This document shows positions 28,865-38,440 of a stretch of 64,000 nt of DNA, piece by piece. The stretch's first letter is position 1. The number at the start of each line of letters is the position of its first letter. A program made the position numbers and the translations under genes. This DNA is from an uncultured cyanobacterium (lineage in GTDB: Bacteria; Cyanobacteriota; Cyanobacteriia; Cyanobacteriales; Nostocaceae), in assembly GCA_963706595.1 (NCBI GenBank), contig OY970166.1:384001-448000 (forward strand), given 5' to 3'. The notes beneath the pieces are model-generated. The model did not search any database. It worked only from the letters and a program-made list of their open reading frames with translations, and was not told the origin of the DNA.

Positions 28865-30118
28865 ATGACTAAACCAGTTGATATTCTGATTCTCTCGAAT
28901 GGACCCGGTGAGGTGACAACCTGGGTGCGTCCTGTTGTTAAGGCTTTACGGCAAGAACTGGGGGATGATCCTACTGTGGTGAGGATTTCTGTGGTTTTGT
29001 CTCCTTGTCCCAATGCTACGGGTAAGGAAGGGGCGATCGCTCTTTCATATCCAGAAGTTGACAGGGTACAATCAGCAGAGCATTTTTGGCAGTTTCTCCT
29101 GTGGGGTAAGACTTTTGAGAATTGGGAATGGCGCGATCGCGGTGTGGTAGTCTTCTTAGGTGGTGATCAAATTTTTCCCGTAGTCATTGGCAAAAAACTG
29201 GGATATCGCACAGTGGTTTACGCTGAATGGGATGCTCGTTGGCATAATTTGATTGACCGTTTTGGCGTAATGCAGGCTAAAGTTGCAGAAAAGGTTTCTC
29301 CAAAGTTTGCTCACAAATTTACGGTTGTGGGGGATTTGATGCTTGAGGTTTCAGAGGTTTCAGACGCTATGGATAAAGACGCGATGAATCGCGTCTCTAC
29401 AAGTGAAATAATTGGTTTACTTCCGGGGTCGAAAGCTGCAAAATTATCCCAAGGTGTACCATTATCTTTGGCTATTGCTGAATATATTCACGCAAAAAGA
29501 CCCGAAATCAGATTTGTGATTCCCGTTGCGCCGACGTTGGATTTACAAACTTTAGCGAGTTTTGCCGATGCACAGAAAAACCCTTTTGTCAATATATTTG
29601 GAGGGGTGTCGGCGACTTTAGTTGAATCTGAGTATCCAATGCTGAAAACTGAAACGGGTTTGTGTTTGGAATTGTGCAGAGAAAATCCCGCCCACGAATT
29701 ATTATCTCAATGTACTATCTGTTTAACCACCGTAGGCGCAAACACGGCTGAACTCGGTGCTTTAGCTGTGCCGATGATTGTTTTAATACCTACTCAACAA
29801 CTTGATGCGATGCGTTCTTGGGATGGTTTACCGGGATTATTAGCTAATTTACCTGGGGTGGGTTCTAGCTTTGCTAAGGTAATTAACTCGCTGGTGTTGA
29901 GTCGCAAAGGTTTATTAGCATGGCCGAATATCTGGGCGAAGGAGGAGATTGTACCAGAATTAGTGGGCAAACTACAGCCGCAAGAGGTTGCAGAAATGGT
30001 TTTGGACTTTTTGGATCATCCAGAAAAATTAGCAGCAATTAGGGCGAAATTACGCAGTGTTAGGGGTGAAAGCGGTGCATCTCAAAAGTTAGCAGGTTTA
30101 GTGCGTGATGTTTTGTAA
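28865..30118 (+). CDS. Lipid-A-disaccharide synthase-related glycosyltransferase
   Basis: SNGPGE, GLLPGSK, GANTAELG, LAWPN. Confidence 0.8.
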   Translation: MTKPVDILILSNGPGEVTTWVRPVVKALRQELGDDPTVVRISVVLSPCPNATGKEGAIALSYPEVDRVQSAEHFWQFLLWGKTFENWEWRDRGVVVFLGGDQIFPVVIGKKLGYRTVVYAEWDARWHNLIDRFGVMQAKVAEKVSPKFAHKFTVVGDLMLEVSEVSDAMDKDAMNRVSTSEIIGLLPGSKAAKLSQGVPLSLAIAEYIHAKRPEIRFVIPVAPTLDLQTLASFADAQKNPFVNIFGGVSATLVESEYPMLKTETGLCLELCRENPAHELLSQCTICLTTVGANTAELGALAVPMIVLIPTQQLDAMRSWDGLPGLLANLPGVGSSFAKVINSLVLSRKGLLAWPNIWAKEEIVPELVGKLQPQEVAEMVLDFLDHPEKLAAIRAKLRSVRGESGASQKLAGLVRDVL

Positions 30119-30121
30119 ATT

Positions 30122-30400
30122 AGCCCTGGCGACTAGAAGTCGCGGCTACACAGACAAAACCCACCTCCGTGGGTTGAAAAGCGAATTATATTCGCCTAAA
30201 ACTTTCTATTTTTTATCAGCCCTGGCGACTAGAAGTCGCGGCTACACAGACGAAACCCACCTACGTGGGTTGAAAAGCCTTAGTTTGTATTTAGTCCGCG
30301 CAGGCGGACTTTGTTTGTGTAGTAGCGAATTCATTCGCCTAATTTCTATTAGCTACACTAAACCCACCTACGTGGGTTGAAAAGCGAATTCATTCGCCTA
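30122..30400. repeat. Clustered palindromic (REP-like) repeat
   Basis: GCCCTGGCGACTAGAAGTCGCGGCTACAC x2 and AACCCACCT.CGTGGGTT x3; inverted copy at ~34705-34825. Confidence 0.8.
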
Positions 30401-30427
30401 AAATTGTTAAATCTTTTAATATCGGGT

Positions 30428-30814
30428 TTAATCGGGAAAACTGGCGTTTTGTCGTCCCAGTTCGTAAATCCCGGAAATAATACAAGCCATGATCCCGAAG
30501 CTGATTCCCCAGCTACGCCCTAAGCTAATTTCTATCAGCCAGTTGGATAAAGCGCCAATTACCAGAAAAGGCACAATACTAAATAGGGAAGCATAAAAAG
30601 CGTTTTGGGATTCTCTGGCTTCCCGTGTCTTTTCAAATTCGGTTTGGCTGGTGTAAAGCGATCGCTCGGCAAAATTAAACCACCGATTTAGCTGCTCAAT
30701 GATTTTCTCACGGAGTGACGAAAAAGCGAAGTATAGCGCCAATGACCACACACTCGCACCAGCGATCGCTACTGTGTTTACCTCAAAACGGAAAGGAAAA
30801 ATTTCAGTGATCAT
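30428..30814 (-). CDS. Conserved cyanobacterial membrane protein
   Basis: Likely start MITEIFPF; WFNFAERSLY...RESQNAFYAS; the upstream ORF extension is heptamer repeat DNA. Confidence 0.7.
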   Translation of the reverse strand: MITEIFPFRFEVNTVAIAGASVWSLALYFAFSSLREKIIEQLNRWFNFAERSLYTSQTEFEKTREARESQNAFYASLFSIVPFLVIGALSNWLIEISLGRSWGISFGIMACIISGIYELGRQNASFPD

Positions 30815-31117
30815 AGCTTGGGGATGTTCTGCAAATGGTCTTATAAGCAATTTTAAGCATAAACGCTCACGGAATTTCCTTGTCTTGCCAATTCTCTCGG
30901 TCATAGAGTATGGAACCTCACGGAAGAGGCGGGGGAGCAGGGAGCAGGGAGCAGGGGAGAATAGCCAGGGGAGGGGATTTAGGATAGATGAGGGGCGTGC
31001 CACTGCAATCATTTAGCGCATAACAGAATTACAATTTTGGTGATTAGTCCCTGTGGCTAGGGATAAATCAATTAGGCGATCGCTGTACGGAACTGCGATC
31101 GCTTCCCTCACCAAAAT

Positions 31118-31510
31118 TTATTCTTCTTGACCGTTGGTTGGGGCTGATGATTTGCTGAACAGAAACCACCATAGTTCTAGTCCAATTAACGCTATACCAC
31201 CTATAGTTACACCAACTTTTAATCCTAAAGGTTGGTCTATGGCTTCCTGACTTTTCACGTTATGAGAAAAAGCTAACGCAAAACCTAACCCCCTAACCCC
31301 CTTCCCTACAAGGGAAGGGGGAAAATTTAAAGCCTCTCTCCTTGCAGGGGAGAGGTTTGGAGAGGGGTTTTCCAGATCCAGTGAAAAGTCAGCTATGGCT
31401 TGAAATTGCCTAGTTTCCCCTGATGAATGGGTGGGTATTGCTGCTGATGCGGTTCCCATAGACAAACCGAAAGCAGTCAGGCTAGCCCACAGCAGATTTT
31501 TGCTGAACAT
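31118..31510 (-). CDS. Small membrane protein downstream of the Cu-ATPase, carrying an in-frame MITE
   Basis: C-terminal QPLGLK...LIGLELWWFLFSK; 52 aa are MITE-derived. Confidence 0.7.
   Translation of the reverse strand: MFSKNLLWASLTAFGLSMGTASAAIPTHSSGETRQFQAIADFSLDLENPSPNLSPARREALNFPPSLVGKGVRGLGFALAFSHNVKSQEAIDQPLGLKVGVTIGGIALIGLELWWFLFSKSSAPTNGQEE
31247..31392. mobile_element. MITE with TIR and 9-bp target-site duplication
   Basis: CTGACTTTTCAC/GTGAAAAGTCAG; CTATGGCTT at 31237 and 31393 (156 nt apart). Confidence 0.85.
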
Positions 31511-31530
31511 TGGTTAAATTATTGTACGAT

Positions 31531-33852
31531 TCAAGATATGACTTTTGGTTGAAATTTACGCAATCTCAGGGCATTCGTGACTACAGAAACCGAAGACAAA
31601 GCCATTGCAGCACCGGCAAGAATCGGATTTAGCAACCAGCCAAAGAACGGAAACAGAATTCCCGCAGCGATAGGAATGCCAATAACGTTGTAGATAAAGG
31701 CAAAGAACAGGTTTTGGCGGATATTGCGAATGGTCGCCCGGCTGAGTTGAATGGCTGTGATGATTCCTTGTAAGTCTCCCGAAATCAGTGTAATATCGCT
31801 AGCGGCGATCGCCACGTCTGTTCCTGTACCAATAGCAATTCCCACATCTGCTTGTGCGAGTGCAGGCGCATCATTAATCCCATCGCCTACCATGGCCACA
31901 ATTTTAGCTTGACCCTTTTCACTTTGCAGAGATTGAATCATCGCCGCTTTTTGGTCTGGGCGCACCTCTGCAAATATTCGCTGGATGCCAACTTGTTGCG
32001 CGATCGCTTCCGCAGTTTTGCGATTGTCTCCAGTCAACATTACTACTTCTAATCCTAGCTTTTGCAGTATTTTTACTGCTGCTGCTGACGATGATTTCAG
32101 GGCATCAGCAATCCCCATAACTCCTTGGATTTCGCCATCTACAGCCATGAAAATCACTGTTTTAGCCGCAGTTTCCCAAGTATCTTTATATTCGTGGAGA
32201 CTGTCAGTATTGATTCCCAGTTCTGACATCCAGCGTTGTGTCCCAATCTGCACCAAGCAATCTGAAACCACAGCTTGCACACCACTACCTGCGATCGCTG
32301 CAAAATTATCAGCTTCAGTTAAACTCACCTCTTGAGATTGGGCATATCTTACCACAGCTTCAGCCAAGGGATGCTCAGAATTGCGTTCCACAGTAGCAGC
32401 CAACTGTAAAAGCTGGAGTTCATTATGATTAGCCGTACCTTTGACAGAAACAAAATCTGTCACTGTGGGTTTTCCTTGAGTTAAAGTCCCAGTTTTATCG
32501 AGAACAATAATTTGAATTTTGTGTGCTAGTTCTAAGCTTTGGGCATCTTTAATTAAAATACCATTTTCCGCCCCTTTGCCAGTGCCAACCATAATTGAAG
32601 TCGGAGTAGCTAGACCTAAAGCACAAGGACAGGCGATAATTAATACACCCACCGTGGTCATGATGGCTAGGGTAAAGTTACCCATAAAATTAAACCAAAT
32701 CACAAAAGTGGCGATCGCGATCGCAATTACAACAGGTACAAACCATCCCGTAACCTGATCTGCTAATCGTTGAATTGGCGCTTTAGAACCTTGGGCTTGC
32801 TGCACAAGTTTGACAATTTGCGCCAAAAACGTATCATTTCCCACTCTTGTCGCCCGAAACTGAAAACTACCAGTTTTGTTAATCGTCGCCCCAATCACCT
32901 CATCCCCAGGATGCTTCTGCACAGGTAAACTTTCACCAGTTACCATCGCCTCATCAACCGTAGAAGTACCAGTAATCACCTCACCATCTACCGGAATCTT
33001 TTCCCCAGGGCGCACCAAAATCACATCATTGATTCTGACTTCCGTAATCGGAATATCCATTTCCACGCCATCACGGATGACTCTAGCATTTCTCGGTTGT
33101 AGTCCCATGAGTTTGTGAATAGCTTCAGAAGTTTTTCCCCTGGCGCGATGTTCTAACAACCGCCCCAGCAAAATTAAAGCAATCACAATCACTGAAACTT
33201 CATAATACACATGAGGTATCAAACCCTGAGCCATAAAAAATCCAGGGAAGAGAGTCACAAATACAGAATAGAGAAATGCTGCACTTGTACCCACAGCCAT
33301 CAAAGTATCCATTGTTGCTGTATGGTGTTTCAGGGCTTTCCAACCATTCACATAAAAACTCCATCCACACCAGAATTGTACAGGTATAGTCAACACTAAC
33401 TGCACCCAATAATTATGGAGAAATGCGGGAATAAACGGCACATTTAACCCAGTCATCATGGGTATGGAACCGACAAACATGATCATCCCAATCACACCCC
33501 CCACAATCACCTTGCGGGTAATTTCTCGGTCTTGGGCTAACTTACTGGCTTTCTCAGTTTCATCTTCTCCAGCCAGAATGTCTTTTTGCGGTAAATAAGA
33601 AGAGTATCCCGCAGCATCGATAGCGGCTTGAATTGTCTTTAAATCAGTACGTTTTCGGTCATAATTAATTGTGGCTTGCTCAAAACCAAAGTTAACGTTA
33701 CAGTCAGTCACCCCTGGAACCGAGCGAATTGCTTGGTCGATATTATTCGCACAGGAGGCGCAACTCATACCTTTGAGTTTGAGTGTGAGAGTATCCATAT
33801 TAAGTAAACCACTGTGACTGATGTCGGGTGTTGAAGCAGCAGTTGCATCCAT
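31531..33852 (-). CDS. copA: Copper-translocating P1B-type ATPase (CopA/PacS-like)
   Basis: GMSCASC, CPC, DKTGT, SEHPL, GDGIND, YN and MALSS motifs; start may be 33798. Confidence 0.92.
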   Translation of the reverse strand: MDATAASTPDISHSGLLNMDTLTLKLKGMSCASCANNIDQAIRSVPGVTDCNVNFGFEQATINYDRKRTDLKTIQAAIDAAGYSSYLPQKDILAGEDETEKASKLAQDREITRKVIVGGVIGMIMFVGSIPMMTGLNVPFIPAFLHNYWVQLVLTIPVQFWCGWSFYVNGWKALKHHTATMDTLMAVGTSAAFLYSVFVTLFPGFFMAQGLIPHVYYEVSVIVIALILLGRLLEHRARGKTSEAIHKLMGLQPRNARVIRDGVEMDIPITEVRINDVILVRPGEKIPVDGEVITGTSTVDEAMVTGESLPVQKHPGDEVIGATINKTGSFQFRATRVGNDTFLAQIVKLVQQAQGSKAPIQRLADQVTGWFVPVVIAIAIATFVIWFNFMGNFTLAIMTTVGVLIIACPCALGLATPTSIMVGTGKGAENGILIKDAQSLELAHKIQIIVLDKTGTLTQGKPTVTDFVSVKGTANHNELQLLQLAATVERNSEHPLAEAVVRYAQSQEVSLTEADNFAAIAGSGVQAVVSDCLVQIGTQRWMSELGINTDSLHEYKDTWETAAKTVIFMAVDGEIQGVMGIADALKSSSAAAVKILQKLGLEVVMLTGDNRKTAEAIAQQVGIQRIFAEVRPDQKAAMIQSLQSEKGQAKIVAMVGDGINDAPALAQADVGIAIGTGTDVAIAASDITLISGDLQGIITAIQLSRATIRNIRQNLFFAFIYNVIGIPIAAGILFPFFGWLLNPILAGAAMALSSVSVVTNALRLRKFQPKVIS

Positions 33853-33992
33853 CAGATGAATGCAACATAAACGTTAGCGTAGCTTGCCGAAGGCTACCAC
33901 AGAGGCGCAGAGGAAACGGAGTTAAGAGGGTTTGAGAGGTTTTTGGCGTTTAGTGGTTGAGTATTTTTTTATTTGTCAGTCCCTGTTCAGCT

Positions 33993-34187
33993 TTAAGCCA
34001 CTGGATAGCCAGCAGCCGCTAACGCCTCCTTAATTGCTGTTTCTGACGCTTGAGTTTCTACGCTCACAAATTTGGTTTGTGGATCAGCCTGAATGGTAGC
34101 ATTGGCATCAACTGTTTTCACTGCATTGGTAATGTTGGTTGCACAAGCAGAACAAGCCATATTGGGAACTGTCAGTTTGAGTATCAT
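33993..34187 (-). CDS. copZ: Copper chaperone (HMA domain, Atx1/CopZ-like)
   Basis: MACSAC motif; 64 aa from ATG at 34187. Confidence 0.85.
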   Translation of the reverse strand: MILKLTVPNMACSACATNITNAVKTVDANATIQADPQTKFVSVETQASETAIKEALAAAGYPVA

Positions 34188-34315
34188 AAATTTACGGTAT
34201 GGAATAAAAGAACGATCAAAACCAAGCTTGTATCTGCCCAATTGCAGCCTGCAAAGCTAACTCAGCCATGCAATTTGGCTTTTACTGATGACTAGCGGAG
34301 ATTTACCTTATATTC

Positions 34316-34347
34316 ATCCTAAACTCTCTAGCCAACTAGAGAGTCTA
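34316..34347 (-). promoter_or_regulatory. MerR-type promoter/operator of the copper operon
   Basis: -35 TAGACT, 20-nt spacer, -10 TAGGAT; palindrome ACTCTCTAG-N4-CTAGAGAGT. Confidence 0.8.
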
Positions 34348-34488
34348 TCAGAATTTACAAATCTTCAAAATTAAGATCATGTTCATGCGAACTAGAGATA
34401 AAACCTGAAAAAGGCTTTGCAGCGTGAGGGAGTTAACAAAGCACAATTTGGTCATAAATTCACAAATTTCAGCAGATCAAGTATATGT

Positions 34489-34624
34489 CAATACGCTTGG
34501 TGTTAAGAAAATTGTAGGTTGGGTAGAACGAAGTGAAACCCAACAAAGTCATGCAAATGTTGGGTTTCGTTCCTCAACCCAACCTACTTAGACGTTGACT
34601 TTTAGGCTTAACTGAACTGTATTG
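34489..34624. mobile_element. MITE with 10-bp TSD and internal REP-like palindrome
   Basis: CAATAC...GTATTG ends; AAGTATATGT on both sides. Confidence 0.8.
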
Positions 34625-34682
34625 AAGTATATGTATAGCAACCGCCAAGGAAGGTTAAGACATAAACGGATAATCAAATTTA

Positions 34683-34854
34683 GAGGATATTTGAAAAGTT
34701 TTGGGCGAATATAATTCGCTACTACACAAGCAAAGTCCACCTGCGTGGACTAATGAAAAATTCAGGTTTTTAACCCGCGCAGGCGGGTTTTGTTTGTATA
34801 GCCGCGACTTCTAGTCGCCAGGGCTGTAATAAATTAGACTTTTCAAACAACCTC
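34683..34854. mobile_element. MITE with GAGG...CCTC ends (IS5/IS1031-like)
   Basis: GAGGATATTTGAAAAGT / ACTTTTCAAACAACCTC. Confidence 0.7.
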
Positions 34855-35096
34855 TAAAGAGGTTTTGACTTCAAATCAGCAACGCCTGATTTCTGATAGC
34901 TTGTGTATTTCATCAACATCAAGAACTCCGAAGAATGCAATTCAACGGGGATCTAAGACTCTCGGTGTTGGCAAAGTATGAAGGATTAGATACATTCAAA
35001 AAGTCTACTACTGCTCATCAAAATTGCAGTCTTCGCCATAGCTAAACTTGTATGGACATATCTGAAAGTTGAGAGAAATTGACCCAAACTTTCAAG

Positions 35097-35149
35097 AAAA
35101 AAGGCTTGGATAAACCAAGCCCTTATGTATACCAAGCATTTACTACACC
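35097..35149 (-). ncRNA. Candidate sRNA unit 1
   Basis: GATGAA (35180-85), N18, TAAATT; GGCTTGG/CCAAGCC hairpin + T6. Confidence 0.6.
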
Positions 35150-35249
35150 AATAATAATTTAATCTTTCTATGCCTTTAGTTCATCCTCCTATAGGATGTG
35201 TGCAAATAGCCGAAAACCTGATAAGTCAATAAATGGTTTATTTAACCAT

Positions 35250-35307
35250 AAAAAAAGGTTTGGCTATGAACCAAACCCTGATTATTGCTGTGCTTAACAA
35301 CGTACTA
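35250..35307 (-). ncRNA. Candidate sRNA unit 2
   Basis: GATGAA (35338-43), N17, TACAAT; GGTTTGG/CCAAACC + T7. Confidence 0.55.
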
Positions 35308-35373
35308 AATTATAATTGTAAATTACTCTTTTTAAAATTCATCTTCCTTTAGTCAGTGGTCAAATATTATTAA

Positions 35374-35536
35374 GAGGTTGTTTTAAAAGTAGTTGGCTGT
35401 AATGTTAAGCACGATTTGATCCCCCCTAGCCCCCCTTTTTAAGGGGGGAACTAGAATCAAAGTCCCCCTTTTCAAGGGGGATTTAGGGGGATCTATAATA
35501 TTTTGCTACCGACAATAAGACTTTTAAAACATCCTC
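35374..35536. mobile_element. MITE with GAGG...CCTC ends and TAA duplication, inserted upstream of unit 2
   Basis: GAGGTTGTTTTAAAAGT / ACTTTTAAAACATCCTC. Confidence 0.8.
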
Positions 35537-35592
35537 TAAGACTAATATGTGATTTTCTCTTGTGTTAATTCCATTCATCTATCAAAAGTATG

Positions 35593-35644
35593 AAAAAGGC
35601 TTGAACAAGAGCCAAGCCTTTATATACCAGGTGTTTACCATATT
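35593..35644 (-). ncRNA. Candidate sRNA unit 3
   Basis: GATGAA (35674-79), N18, TAAATT; GGCTTGG/TCAAGCC + T5. Confidence 0.6.
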
Positions 35645-35845
35645 CAGCTAATTTATAGATAAACTTATCTCATTTCATCTGTCTTAAAGTTGTGTACAAA
35701 TACTCTTAAATGTGATACTAAGCCTTGTATAGCTATAAACAAAATTTTACAAAAAATCTATACATATTGCTAATAAATTTATTCATCCTCTGGTAATATG
35801 TCATCTGATTTTAATCAAAATCTCATGAAAATTAGTTTTTCTCAC

Positions 35846-35900
35846 AAAGAAAACCCTGGCGTTGATTCCAGGGTAGATATATGTTTTTCAGGCATTAATG
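35846..35900 (-). ncRNA. Candidate sRNA unit 4 (divergent)
   Basis: GGTAAA-N17-TAGTAT; CCCTGG/CCAGGG + TTTTCTTT. Confidence 0.4.
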
Positions 35901-36039
35901 AACTGAATACTAACACGAACAAAAAGTTATTTACCCTACCTATCGATATACAGGAAATGAATCTTATCTATGATAGGGTGACAAGATATTTTTTTTCCAT
36001 TAACTAAAAACTTGAGTAAGGCTCTCAGTTAAAACACAC

Positions 36040-36093
36040 AAAATAGGCTTGACTTTCGAGCCAAGCCTATATATACCAAGAGTTTACCATATT
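36040..36093 (-). ncRNA. Candidate sRNA unit 5
   Basis: GATGAA (36123-28), N18, TAAACT; near-paralog of unit 3. Confidence 0.6.
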
Positions 36094-36259
36094 GTATTAG
36101 TTTAATTATGATTATACTAAATTTCATCTATCTATAGGTCATATCTAAATTTCTGGAAATATGATAATAATTTAGATTTATACAAGAAATTATTTTGGTA
36201 TTATTTAAACATCCATGATACTAATGGCAATTCATCAATTAGTGATTACATAGATTATA

Positions 36260-36420
36260 TATAGGACTCATATTTGATTTATGAAACACACGTAGGATGT
36301 GTTATCGAGGAGATTACGACACCAAGACTCAGAAGACGGTGCGTTAGGTTAAAGCCATAACACACCCTACATATACTACATATACTTAGATTTTTTCAAT
36401 AATCAAATCGGAGTCCTATA
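36260..36420. mobile_element. MITE
   Basis: TATAGGACTC..ATTTGATT / AATCAAAT..GAGTCCTATA; related copy at ~50612-50738. Confidence 0.75.
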
Positions 36421-36494
36421 CATACGAAATTTTATCTTGATGAAGAAATACATTTTATTATAAGTATTCATGCGAACATGATATGATTTTATAT

Positions 36495-36541
36495 AAGAAA
36501 GGCTTGGTTTACTGCCAAGCCTCAGTAGAAGTAGAATCTAT
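36495..36541 (-). ncRNA. Candidate sRNA unit 6
   Basis: GATGAA (36572-77), N18, TAAATT; GGCTTGG/CCAAGCC + TTTCTT. Confidence 0.55.
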
Positions 36542-36635
36542 CAAAATAATTTAGCTATTTGAATGGCATTATTCATCATCCAATAGGAAGTTTACAAATA
36601 TTTTACAAGGTGATATGGCTCGAATCTGTGAGCAT

Positions 36636-36689
36636 AAAAAGGTTTAGCATTTAGCTAAACCTCCATAGAAAGCAGTTATTCGACACACC
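36636..36689 (-). ncRNA. Candidate sRNA unit 7
   Basis: GATGAC (36720-25), N18, TAAATT; GGTTTAGC/GCTAAACC + T5. Confidence 0.55.
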
Positions 36690-36899
36690 AAGATTAATTT
36701 AAACCTACCGTTTATTAGGGTCATCTTGCTACGGGATGTGTTTAACTATGTTGTAATATGATATGACGTTACTTGAACAAAGCTTATAGCCCATAAATCC
36801 TCTGGTAATTTTCTTAATACCAAGTTAAAATTACTTTTGAATTGCGTCCATAAAACCCCAGTTCATCCTCACCAAGATGGTAAATTATACACAACTACA

Positions 36900-38426
36900 C
36901 TAACTTGCAGGAACTAAATCAGTTAATATGAGCCTAAATGTTGTCCATCCCTCACTGCTTTCAACTTGAATAGTTCCTTGGAGTTTTTCAACTAACTTCT
37001 GCACTATAGATAACCCTAATCCTGTACCACCTTGATTCCAAATGTCAGCATTAGGGAGGCGATAAAATTTATCAAAAATTCGCGATAATTCGGCTGTGGG
37101 AATTTCTAAGGAATTACTAATAGTAATGATAGTTTTGGCGGGTATTTCCGAGGAATTATGATCTATACTCAGGATGATTTCGCCACCAGCCGGAGTATAT
37201 TTGCAGGCGTTATTGAGTAATTCTGCTAAAATTCTCTCTAAGCTAGTACCGTCTGAGAACAGCGATGGCAGATTTGAGGGCAGATTTAATTGTAAAATTT
37301 GCTGATGTTCTTGAACACGGACTTGAAACGGCTCAATTACCCAAGGTATCCATTGTTCTAAGAGTAAGACATCTGGAGTAATCAACGGACGGACTTCAGA
37401 TTCTAAGCGTTGTAAGTCTAGTAAATCATTAATTAGTGCCATTTCGCGATCGCACTCAATTTCCAACATTTCCAAATAGCGCTGATTTTCTTCAGGTGTG
37501 ATAGACAGTTGTAACATTTGAATCATCACCTTCATATTGCTCAGAGGCGATCGCAACTCGTGAGACAATAAATTCAAGAACTCATTTTTGAGTTCATTGA
37601 TTTCTGCCAATTGTTCTAAAAGTTGCTCTTGCTCAACTTGCTTTTGACGAGCCTCCATCGCCTGTTTGCGCTCAGTCACATCTCGGAAAATTAATACAGC
37701 ACCCGTAATCCGATCTTGATCATCTTTAATGGGTGCAGCACTGTCATCAATGGGAATCTCTGCACCATTTCGCGAAATCAGAATTGTTTCTGCTGGTAAA
37801 CCAACGACAGTCCCCTGTTGCAGGACTTTTGTGATCGGACTTTCTATAGGCTCGTGAGTTTCTCCATGAGCAATATTGAATACTTCTGATGAATTTTTCC
37901 CACAAGCTTCTTCCTGTTTCCAACCAGTGAGACTTTCAGCCACAGGATTCATAAAAGTGATCAATTCCTCAAAGTCGCTAGAAATTACTCCATCACTGAT
38001 ACTATTCAAAAGTGTAGTTAACCATTTTTGATGCGTTTTTAATTGTTTTTCTAAGTGATGTTTAGTCAGCGCTATTTCAATATTTATTTGTAGCTCTCTT
38101 TCTTTAAAAGGTTTTAGTAAATAGCCAAAAGGCTCAGTTACTTTGGCTCGATCTAAAGTTTTATCATCAGCATAAGCCGTGAGATAAATTATGGGAATAT
38201 CCAAATATTTGTGAATTTCATGAGCTGCTTCTATCCCATCCATTATCCCTTTTAATCTAATATCCATTAGCACTAAATCTGGACAAAATTCTAGAGATTT
38301 ATTAATTGCTTCTTGTCCTGAAGAAGCAATACCAGAAACTATGTAACCAAATTTTTGTAGCCGATTACGTAAATCTTTAGCAACAATAGCCTCATCTTCT
38401 ACTATGACAATTTTTACGTTTTTCAT
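36900..38426 (-). CDS. Hybrid REC-PAS-histidine kinase
   Basis: IVIVEDE/DLVLMD receiver, PAS, SHELRSPL, GGTGLGL. Confidence 0.9.
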   Translation of the reverse strand: MKNVKIVIVEDEAIVAKDLRNRLQKFGYIVSGIASSGQEAINKSLEFCPDLVLMDIRLKGIMDGIEAAHEIHKYLDIPIIYLTAYADDKTLDRAKVTEPFGYLLKPFKERELQINIEIALTKHHLEKQLKTHQKWLTTLLNSISDGVISSDFEELITFMNPVAESLTGWKQEEACGKNSSEVFNIAHGETHEPIESPITKVLQQGTVVGLPAETILISRNGAEIPIDDSAAPIKDDQDRITGAVLIFRDVTERKQAMEARQKQVEQEQLLEQLAEINELKNEFLNLLSHELRSPLSNMKVMIQMLQLSITPEENQRYLEMLEIECDREMALINDLLDLQRLESEVRPLITPDVLLLEQWIPWVIEPFQVRVQEHQQILQLNLPSNLPSLFSDGTSLERILAELLNNACKYTPAGGEIILSIDHNSSEIPAKTIITISNSLEIPTAELSRIFDKFYRLPNADIWNQGGTGLGLSIVQKLVEKLQGTIQVESSEGWTTFRLILTDLVPAS

Positions 38427-38440
38427 GATGCAACCAGTAT

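Noticed and set aside
30105..30380. 91-aa ORF, plus similar ORFs at 22442, 48292 and 61827 and antisense ORFs inside large genes
   Set aside because: Translations of repeats/MITEs or shadow frames
35798..36007. 69-aa plus-strand ORF
   Set aside because: No recognisable motif; lies antisense to candidate sRNA unit 4
35097..36765. CRISPR- or TIGR-type processed array
   Set aside because: Spacing is irregular, repeats are degenerate, each unit has its own promoter and terminator, and no effector gene is nearby
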